Source: Chiloscyllium plagiosum (lineage: Eukaryota). Taken from it: a DNA stretch of 64,000 bases. Of this stretch, positions 54,415 through 64,000 are shown one piece after another (the first letter of the stretch is position 1; the number at the start of each line of letters is the position of its first letter). Both the position numbers and the translations under genes were made by a program. Location: the NCBI RefSeq assembly GCF_004010195.1, contig NC_057719.1, positions 79,035,678 through 79,099,677 on the forward strand. Direction: 5' to 3'. The notes below the pieces were generated by a model. The model saw only the letters and a list, made by a program, of their open reading frames with translations. It made no database searches and was not told the origin of the DNA.

Positions 54415-56320
54415 TACACCCATCATCATGAAGTGTTTCATGATGAGGCATATTAAGACCCTGCTGCCCGCCTCACTGCACACCCTGCAGTTTGCATATC
54501 GTCCCAACTGCTCAATTGCTGATGCCATTTCCATCACTCTCCATCTGACCCTCACCCATTTGGAGAAGGACACCTATGTCAGATTACTGTTCATAGACTT
54601 CAGTTCTACACTTAACACTATCATTGCTCAGCACCTGATTGGAAAGCAGAGTCTGCTGGGCCTAAAAGCCTCCTTTGGCAACTGGATCCTGGACTTCCTG
54701 ACTGGGAGACCTCAGTCAGTCTGGATTTGGAACAGCATCTCCAACACCATCACACTGAGCACACACACACACGTAGACACACGACTGTGCAGCGATGCAC
54801 AGGTCAAATCACATCATCAAGTTCGCTGATGACACGACGATGGTGGGTCTCATCAGCACGAACGATGAGTCAGCGTACAGAGAGTATGTGCAGCAACTAA
54901 TGGACTGTCTCTGAATATAGACAAGATGAAAGAGATGGTTGTTGACTTCAGGAGGGCACAGAGCGACCACTCTCCACTGGACATCGACAGCTCCCCCAGG
55001 GAGATTGTGAAGTGCACCAAATTTCTTGGCGTACACCTGGCAAGAAACTCATCTGGTCCAGCAACACCAGCTCCACAGCCAAGTAAGCCCAGCAGTGTGT
55101 CTACGTTCTGCGCAAGTTGAGGAAAGCCCACCTCCCACCCCCCCCCTCCCCCCATCCTCACCACATTGTACAGAGAGTTCATTGAGAGTACCCTGAGCTG
55201 CTGCAACACTGCCTGGCTCGGCAATTGCACTGTCTCGGATCGTAACGCCCTACAACGGATAGTGAGGACAGCTGAGAAGATCATCAAGGTCTCTCTCCAT
55301 TCCATTACAGACATTTACACCACACGCTGCATCCGAAAGGCTAACAGCATTGTGGGCAACCCCACACATCCTTCATTCAAACTCTTCTCCCTCCTGAAAG
55401 ATATAAAAGAGACCTAAGGGGCAACTTTTTCACGCAGAGGGTGGTACGTGTTTGGAACGGGCTGCCAGAGGAAGTGGTGGAGGCTGGTACAATTGCAACA
55501 TGTAACAGGCATTTGGATGGGTACATGGATAGGAAGGGTTTGGGGGGATATGGGCCGGGTGCTGGCAGGTGGGACTAGATTGGGTTGGGATATCAGGTTA
55601 GCATGGACGGGTTGGACCGAAGGGTCTGTTTCCATGCTGTTCATCTCTATGAATCTAAGAAAGTACACGCTGCATCCGAAAGGCTAACAGCATTGTGGGC
55701 AACCCCACACATCCTTCATTCAAACTCTTCTCCCTCCTGAAAGATATAAAAGAGACCTATGGGGCAACTTTTTCACGCAGAGGGTGGTACGTGTTTGGAA
55801 CGAGCTGCCAGAGGAAGTGGTGGAGGCTGGTACAATTGCAACATATAACAGGCATTTGGATGGGTACATGAATAGGAAGGGTTTGGGGGGATATGGGCCG
55901 GGTGCTGGCAGGTGGGACTAGATTGGGTTGGGATATAAGGTTAGCATGGACCGAAGGGTCTGTTTCCATGCTGTACATCTCTATGAATCTAAGAAAGCAG
56001 AGCATTTGGTCTCTCACAGCCAGACTGTGCAACAGTTTCTTCCCCCAAGCCATCAGGCTCCTTAACACTGTATGATCAGACTCTTTTCCATTTGCAATTC
56101 TTTGTACAACTTCAAATTGCTGCTAGAACAATGTCGATTAAATATCATTCCTTTTATTACATTGTAATAAGCATGTTTTGCACTTCTTATGCACTTTGTA
56201 TAATTGTATAGTTTGTGCTGTCAATGTAGCACTTTGGTCCTGGAGGAATGCAGTCTTGTTTTTTCCTGTATCATTGTATATGGTAGAAATGACAAATTAA
56301 ATCTTTTCTCTCTCTCTCTA
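54415..56320 (+). mobile_element. Rex1/Babar-type LINE (RT to 3' end) with duplicated CR1 3' inserts
   Basis: Peptides [12 protein letters not shown]...[35 protein letters not shown] and YR..IES.L..C.TAW.GNC. Confidence 0.9.
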
Positions 56321-56324
56321 TCTG

Positions 56325-57910
56325 AAAAAGAAGGAATGAAGAACATCCACTAATTGCCAAGACTGACACTGGTGCAAGTGCAAATACTATCCCTTTATCC
56401 ATCTTCCATGAGATGTACTCAGGAACTGGTGCTGTCTCCACCTAATAAGTTAACTGCTTACAAAAGGTCTGACATCCCATGCATTTTTATTATTTACCTT
56501 AAATATGTATACAACTCCTCAGAATGAACACCTGACACCTTTAACGCTGGTCTGGGTATTATTGGTCCGCTAAAATGCAGAGATATACAGATGATTACAA
56601 TCCACAAGTTAACAAATTTGTTATTTGTAACACCAAAAATTTCAGATTATAACATCAAGTCTATCCATGACCTAATTAAGTTTTATGGGCCAATACAGTG
56701 GCTCAGTGGTTAGCTCTACTATCTCACAGTACCAGGGACCCGGGTTCAATTCTACCCTTGAGCGACTGTGTAGAGTTTGCACCTTCTCCCTGTGTCTGTG
56801 GGGGTTTCCTCCCACAGTCCAAAGACGTACAGGCTAGGTAGATTGGCCATGCTAAATTGCCCATAGTGTCCAGGGATGTGCTGGCTCAGTGGATTAGGAT
56901 GGGAAATGTGAGCTTACAGGAATAAGGTAGGGGGGATGGGTCTGGGTGGTGTCCCTGAGCAAGCATTTTCTTTCTGAACATCCAGAGATGAACTAGGACT
57001 CTCCAGAAATGTAACCTTCAAAGGCAGACAAGTGATTATTCCTCAATATCTAAATCTAGACATGTTATACCATATGGATATAGGTCACATGGGCAGAGAG
57101 ATGAACCAAAGGATTGGCAGATGAATCCATTGATTCACTTGGCATCAGTAAAGATGTTGGTCCCCTGATCAAGTCATGTGAAACATGTCAATTCTGTTAC
57201 CCTAACAATCAAGAGAACCTTTAATTCCATGTTGGATTCCTTCTAAGTACAAGATTGTGACTGATATTGCCCATATCCAAGGAAACAATAACATTCTGGT
57301 GACTGACAACTTCACTAATCTCCAATTCATTGCACAAGATCAGTAATACTACTAATGCAACAGTTCTTGACATGTTGACTGTCCTATTCTTGGTTTCCTC
57401 TACAAGTTGTGCCTGACAATGGTCGGCAGTATAGTACTGCACACTTGTGCAGGGAATGAAATGTTCAACAGATTACCTCTTGTCTGTATTACCCTCAATC
57501 CAACAGTCTCACGGAACACGCTGTTAACATGATAAAATCCAACGTAATCAACCACAAGGTGATTTGCCAAGACTTTTGGATTTGTTAAATTTGCACAGTG
57601 CGACTCAAGGTAATGGTTACCCTCAACAGCAGCTCCTAGGTTTGGAGGACATTGTTATGATCCCAGCTGATGATAACAACTTTGAGTGCAACCTGGCCTG
57701 ATAAATACATATAAATGAAATGTTTGCAATTTGCTTACCATGGTCATCAATCACTGAATGCATTAACATGAGGCTGTAAATGTACTTCCGATAAAACAGC
57801 ATAAGTTTGTACCTCAAAGAAAAACAAAATTATCACCAGTAAAAAAGAAAGATTGCATCTGTTTTCCCAGAAATATATTTTATAGACACTCACCTTTTAG
57901 TTACATGGTT
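56325..57910 (-). pseudogene. Unidentified gene relic, upstream cluster of phase-matched exons
   Basis: ..57894, 57773-57739, 57697-57621, 57520-57477, 57443-57219 and 56569-56498 join as HVTKS-LMLMHSVIDDHG-QVALKVVIISWDHNNVLQT*ELLLR-RVP*DCWIEGNTDKS-VQYYTADHCQAQLVEETKNRTVNMSRTVALVVLLILCNELEISEVVSHQNVIVSLDMGNISHNLVLRRNPTWN*S-GPIIPRPALKVSGVHSEELYTYLR. Confidence 0.65.
56687..56950 (+). mobile_element. HE1-type SINE
   Basis: gtggctcagtggttagc...cccgggttcaattct...ctcccacagtccaaag. Confidence 0.88.
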
Positions 57911-57911
57911 G

Positions 57912-60716
57912 TGGTAGGGGACATTATAATTAGGAGGATGCGTTTCCCGTCCTGTGTCGGATTAAGGACTTCTCAGGGTTGAAAAAGAAAACTTGGAAAC
58001 AGAGTAGTCATCCACATTGGTACCAATGTCTTTGGTAGACTAGAGAGGAGGTTTTTCTGAAAGACTTTGAATGATTAGGTGTTAAATTAAAAAGCAGGAC
58101 CTCCAGGGTACTAAGCTCATCATGACTGCATAAGCCAAAGGCAAACTAGAATAGGGTAAATACTGTCAAGGAGTTAAATGTGTGGCTCAAAGATTGATGT
58201 GCATGGAATAGCTTTTGAGGTGTGGGTCACTGGTGCAAGTGTTGGGTTAGAAGGGGGCTGTTCTGGTGGAATGGGCTTCCCAAACTGTGCTGGGACCAAT
58301 GACCTGGTGAATCAACTAACCAGGGCTGTACAGAAAGAGTCTAAACTAAGAAAGAGTTTAAACTAACCAGAGAGGGGAAGGTTTGGGAGAGGAGAAATAT
58401 AGGCCTTCAAAACAAGATGATTTGACAGCATTGTAGGACCTGGTAACAAAATCTCAGAGTGAGACTGGAAGGGACAAAGTTTTCCAATGTAGAAAAGCAG
58501 CAGTAAAAGGGGTTAAACAGAGAAAAAAGCGTGGTAAAAGGGCAAAGGAAAGGCTTGTGAATGCAAGTAGTATTCAGAACAAAATTAATGAATTATTGTA
58601 TGAATACATTTTAAAGTGTATGATCTTATAGTCATTACAGAGACATTACTACAAAGAGATCAGAGCTGGTAAATAAATATTCAGGAGTTTGTGACCTTTT
58701 GAAAGAACAGGCAAAAAGACATGGTGTAGGGCTATCATTGTTGGTACTGGGCAGAGAAAGAATGCAGGCAGGAAATGATCTTGAGTCAGAATCCATATCA
58801 GTGAAAGTGAGTAATAAAAAGGGGAAGAGGTTACTGGTCAGAGTAGTCTGTAGGCCCCCTAGCAGTAGGTGTGTGTTAGGAAAGAGAATAAATCATGAGA
58901 TAATGACGGCATGTAACAAAGGCAGTAATGTTAATCATGTGCAACTTTAATCTTCATGCATGATTGTCAGATTGGCAGAGGAAATAACAAGGAAAAAAAG
59001 GAGTGGACTGAGAAAATGGTTGAGCAGCAAAGACAGTTGAGGAATAATAATGCCAGATGGTTCAAAAAAGACTTCATGGCTCATAGGAAAGATATATTCC
59101 AGTGAGGGGTGACATGATTAATCAGGGGAGTTAAGGATTGCATCAGATTGAAAGAAAAACACTTACAAAGTGGCAAACTTACATAGCAGGCCAGAAGATT
59201 AGGAAAGTTTTAATAATCAATGAAATGCGACAAAAGACAGTATCAAGATGGACAGCAAGAGCTTCTTTAAATACATAAAAAAAGGGAAGAGAGAAGCCAA
59301 AGTACATAGGTGCCTTAGAGAAAAAATGCTGGGGAAATAATAATGGGGAACCAGGAAATGGTAGAGAAGTTGAATAAAGGCTTTGCACCCATCTTCACAG
59401 GAGAAGACACTAATAGCATTCCAAAATTGCGAATATTCAAAGGCCATTTGAGAACAGCAAATAAATATAATAACCATCTCTCGAGAAAAAAGTGCTCAGG
59501 AAAACAATGAAGCTAAAGGTGAATAAGTCCCCTGGACCTAACATGAGGATAGTTTAGGAAGAAGCTGTAGAGATAGTAGATTGGCAGAGGAAAATCTAAG
59601 GAATCCTGGTAGTAATCTTCCAGGATTCCTTAGATTTTGGAGACATCCCAGAGGATTGGAAAACTGTCAATGTAACATGCTGCAATAACTCAGGAAATGC
59701 AACTGGAATGTAACATAATTTATTATTGAGACCAAATGAGAGCCACTACTGGTAGCATACATAGGTTAGTCCCAGCCTGGGACAGACAATTCTGCCAAGC
59801 CCATCCCTTTATAAATGCTTTATAAAAGGCTTGGGTGATGTACTTCAGCTAGGCAGGGCATTGCCCTGTTACCAAGGGAACTCTTACTCAATGTGCTCCA
59901 TAGGAAGGATTCTTAGTGATCCTCCATAGGCCTTGTAATGGTTATAACACACATTTATTTAAAAAGGAAAGGAGAGAAAAAAGGTAACCATAGGCCCGTT
60001 ATCTTACCATCTGTAATTTGGAAAATGAAATATAGCATGTTATAAAGGCTAAATATCCTATAGGGTGCAAAAACCGAATACGTAATATAAAAATTAGATT
60101 CCCTACAGTGCGGAAACAGGCCCTTCAACCCAAACCGACCCTCCAAAGAGTAACCCCACCCAGCCCCATTTCCCTCTAACCAATACATCTAACACTACAG
60201 GCAATGTAGCATGGCCAATTCACCTGACGTGCACATCTTTGGACTGTGGGAGGAAACCGGAGCACCTGGAGGAAATCCACACAGACACAGGGAGAACGTG
60301 CAAACTCCACAAAGACAGTCACCCGAGGCTGGAATCAAACCTGGGTCCCTGGTGCTATGAGGCAGCAGTGCTAACCACTGAGCCACCATGCCACCCACCT
60401 TTACTCCCCCCAAGACGTCAGCATGTCTTCATGAAAAGGAAATCATGTCTGACAAACTTGCTAGAATTCCTTGAGGAAGTAACAAGTAGGATAAATAAAA
60501 AGGAAAGCAGTGGATGTAGGCTTTTGGATTTTCAGAAGGAATTTGATAAAGCACATATTAGGCTACTTAATAAGATAAGCAATCATAGTGTCGGAAGTAA
60601 GCTACTAGAAGATTGAGTAACTGATAGGAGACATAAAATTAGGGTAAGGGTGACATTCTGTAGTTAGTGGAGTCCACAGGGGTCAATGCAAGGGGTCACA
60701 ATTATTTATGATATAC
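57912..60716 (+). mobile_element. Old long CR1 LINE (ORF1 esterase-like region and ORF2 remnants) with nested SINE/LTR-like pieces
   Basis: VIHIGTN-like ORF1 segment, VVCRPPSS, KSPGP and QHVFMKRKSCLTNLLEFLEEVTS. An HE1 SINE (-) lies at about 60093-60392. Confidence 0.8.
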
Positions 60717-60866
60717 AGCCAGCTTTGTTTTAACCAGCACCTTCTCAACTGCCACTCTTGATAAAAATTATATACCTCAAATACTGCAATCTATTATGAT
60801 GTTCAAGTATTTATGCTGTGATAAAGTATATCAGTGATGTATATACCCCCTGTTATTTCTTTCTGT

Positions 60867-62203
60867 TGTAGTGATTGTAATGAGGTCAGCCAAGTCGACA
60901 TTATAGGATATGAGTTCCCTGATTGGGGCTGTTAACCTCGTCCAATCATGGAGCCCTGGCTGACAGGAGTGTCAGAGGTTCTGTTCACTCAGAGATGGCT
61001 CTGAGGAAGCCAGACCAGCGTCAATAAATGGGCCATGCATGTGTAAATATACAGTGCCTCGGTGATGGGATAACAGCCTCTGTCAAGTTATTTCAGTGGA
61101 GATGAGAGCAAAAATTAATTTCCTGAAGAAAATCACTCATAGCGGTCATCCATGAGTTGGGGTAAACAATTCTGGCATCATATCGTTATTTGGGAAGCTT
61201 AACTCATTTGATCCTGCTGTCAAAGACTGGGCCCAGTATGCGGAAAGAATGCATTTATTTTCCCTGGGCAAATGACACTGGGCCAGATGAAAAGTAATGA
61301 GTAATTCTCCTGCCACCCTCTGGACCTGCAGATTTTTTTTGGTTATTAGGAGCCTAACTTTCTCTGAGGCACCAGATACTAAAACCTTTCAAGAGTTAAT
61401 GCATTTACTTAAGGTATATCATGACCCCAAACCTTCTCTAGTTCTGAGACACTATCACTCAGCATTTTTGGAAGCAGGGGAATCTGTATCAGGATTGTTG
61501 ATGAGGTTAAGGTGACTGGCAGAGGCATATCACTTTGTTTAATCCTTAATGAGATGCTGAGAGTCTGTTCGCTATGTGAGATTAATGATGTGACCATGCA
61601 AAAGTGCCTACCAGCTGAAGCCAAACTGGACTTCAAACAGGCACTACAACAGCTTCACTATTGGAAAATATGGCAAGTAGAGCATATGAGTTGCAGGGTA
61701 TTCCAATGGAAGTGGGTACCCTTGCCAGTCCGATTGAGCTTTGGGAACACCACTTGAGTAAAGGCAATTACATAGCCTCAGTCAGGGTGTATTCTTAACA
61801 GAAGGACTCTTGGTCAGCCCACAGCCAAACCCCAAAACAAAGCCAAGCCTCGTCCAAACAGTTTCCTTCGGGACTTGGCCGGCAAACCCTTTCAGTTGAA
61901 GCCGGTATGTGGACTCCAGGCAGCAAAAGAACCCCACTTGAGTTGAATTGAGCAAGAGAACTCATAGGCCAGTATCCAGGACAGTGCGCCCCTAGAAATC
62001 TCACTCCATCTGGTTTGGAACAGTTGAATTGCTTAGCAACATACAAATTAGAACCAATCAAAATAAACGTCTGGTTAAATGGTCACCAAGTTCTAATGGA
62101 AGTTGATGCCACGGTTGTATTAGTAATAGCAGATCCAGTCTTCAACAAAATTCACTCTGGACTCCAATCCTTAAGTTTGCATAAGACCTTGGCTAGACTG
62201 AGA
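60867..62203 (+). mobile_element. Gypsy LTR plus gag/protease fragment, same family as 22769-26102
   Basis: LTR tgtagtgattgtaatgaggtcagcc...gttatttca (60867-61095). Peptides EINDVTMQKCLPAEAKLDFKQA and PIKINVWLNGHQVLMEVD. Confidence 0.85.
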
Positions 62204-62599
62204 ATGTCTAAAGATGTACAGGTTAGGTGGATTCACCATGATAAATTGTCTGTTGTGTCCAGGGATGTGCAGGTTAGATGGATTAGCCTTGGGAAATGCA
62301 GGGTTACAGGTTGCGTTGGGTGCAGGTCTGAGTCGGATGCTTGTTAGAGCACAAAACCAAAGCTGACATTCCAATGCATCACTGCTGCAATGTCTGAGGT
62401 GCAGTATTTTTTGATGAGACATTAAACTGTTTCTAGACCAATATGACTCTGGTTCGGAACTGCAGAAGAATCACCTCAGACTTGAAACATGATCTCTGTT
62501 GCTCTTGCCACAGATGCCACCAGACCCATTGAGATTCTCTTGCATTCTCTGTTTTATTTCTGATTTCCAGCATCCACAGTATTTTGCTTTTATCCTTCC

Positions 62600-63314
62600 T
62601 CAAGTGTAATACCGAGCACGGAACATAATACTCCTCCAGCAACGGTTTAACCAGTCCCCTTAAGCAATACCTGTGCCAGGTATGAATTTAATGTACAATT
62701 TCTAAGTGTTTGCTATCAAATTACATTTTGTTACTTTTATTCTCAGCTGTGTGATTCTAATCAGTCATCCGCCTGGTAAAATGATAGTCTCATTAATATT
62801 ATACAGTACAAACTGTTGTGGAAATTGGCCTTGCATTGCTCAGTCTGAACACAATGAAATGCAGTTATGATAAGCAGGTGGCAAATGCGCTGTCTATTTT
62901 TGGGTTCTAGTGTGTGACCTGCATTAATACTGAAAAGGCAGATTGCAAGAGGAAGTTGATAAGGTCAGAGGAAAGATGACACCACCTACAATGACGACTT
63001 CCATTTTCATAGCACCTTTAGGAAGCTTTGAGGAGCGCTTTAAAAGCTAGTGAAATGGAGGAGTAGGAAAGATTAGAGAGGAACAAGTATCACTGTATGA
63101 GCATGCTAATTCACCCCCTCTGCTGAGAGTAAAAGCTGTCACATGGATTAATGGCAATTGCTCAATAGTCACTTAGAACAATTTGTCAAATGCATTTGCA
63201 ATTATTCTACTGCCAATAACATTAGTAACACCACCGCTTTGAAAAGGGTTAATCTCCTTAAGGTACAAACAATTTCCAATGCCAACATCATGTTCCGAGT
63301 GCTTGAGAAACTCA
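62600..63314 (-). pseudogene. Unidentified gene relic, most 5' exons seen in the window
   Basis: 63314-63173 (acceptor tttcatattcag; EFLKHSEHDVGIGNCLYLKEINPFQSGGVTNVIGSRIIANAFDKLF*; donor gtgact) and 62670 to about 62600 (YCLRGLVKPLLEEYYVPCS). Confidence 0.5.
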
Positions 63315-64000
63315 CTGAATATGAAAGGGTTATGGGCTTTGGTCACATATGTCAGGTGACTCAGAAGTGTCAGCTGTAGCCTGGACAGTAACATTCCAGC
63401 CTTTGTCATAGAATCATAGGGTCATACAGCATGGAAACAGACCCTTCGGTCCAACTAGTCCATGCTGAACATAATCCCAAACTAAGCTAGTCCCACCTGC
63501 CTGTTCCTGGCTTTTAAATATTCTAATTGGACCCACATCCATCACTTCCTCAGGAAGTTCATTTCACACGCAAACCATCTTCTGTGTAAAAAAATTGTCT
63601 TTGTGTCAGAAAACTGTGAAAATCTCCTTTTAAAAAACTTTTGTGAGATCTAAGTTGATGTTTCAGTGTTGATGAAAGAACATTTCTTTCAGATGTGACA
63701 AATTGCAAAGGGTGAGGAGGATGGTGGGATCTTCAAAGGCCATAGGCAGATTGGTGGCGTGGGTGGACAAGTCGCAAAAGAAATGAATGCCATGAAGTGA
63801 TTTGTTTTGATAGGAAAAATGCCAAGTGATGACATAAAATAAAGGGCATAATTCTAAAGGGGTACAGGGGCAGAGAGGTCTGGGATTATAAATACATGAA
63901 TCATTGAAGCTGATAAGACATGATGGAGAGAGAAGTTAATAAAGCACATTATGCACTATTAATAAGGGCACTGAGTACAAAAATAAAGACAATGTATTAA

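Noticed and set aside
62605..62680. Plus-strand exon-like segment ending CAG|gtatga
   Set aside because: It has stops in all three frames. The minus-strand reading is open and fits the relic gene.
31430..63314. Naming the relic as chitin or hyaluronan synthase, anoctamin or GREB1-like
   Set aside because: Only short, incidental resemblances (e.g. LYFGFL, HNLVLRRN). No diagnostic motif such as EDR/QRRRW was seen, so it is left unnamed.

Overview
Repeat-dense vertebrate genomic DNA, most likely from a shark. This is inferred from HE1-type tRNA-derived SINEs, HER1/CR1 LINEs, Rex1/Babar LINEs and Penelope-type terminal repeats. There is a 500-N gap at 45300-45799. Two recognisable genes converge at the left end: the last three coding exons of a CLEC18-type C-type lectin (+, 565-2405) and exons 2-4 of a PPP1R14 (CPI-17/PHI-1/KEPI family) PP1 inhibitor (-, 17420-7101), whose exon 1 I could not find in the window. 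The most unusual signal is a long chain of more than 25 small exon-like segments on the minus strand, between about 63.3 kb and 31.4 kb, several runs of which join in matching phase. They translate into a large, partly hydrophobic protein I cannot recognise. The segments carry stop codons, GT->AT mutated donors and transposon insertions inside exons, which points to a dead gene. Several apparent introns are only 30-55 nt, below the usual vertebrate minimum. Degenerate minimal hammerhead-ribozyme motifs occur in the Penelope-type repeats. All exon calls were read by eye, so boundaries within the decayed gene are provisional.
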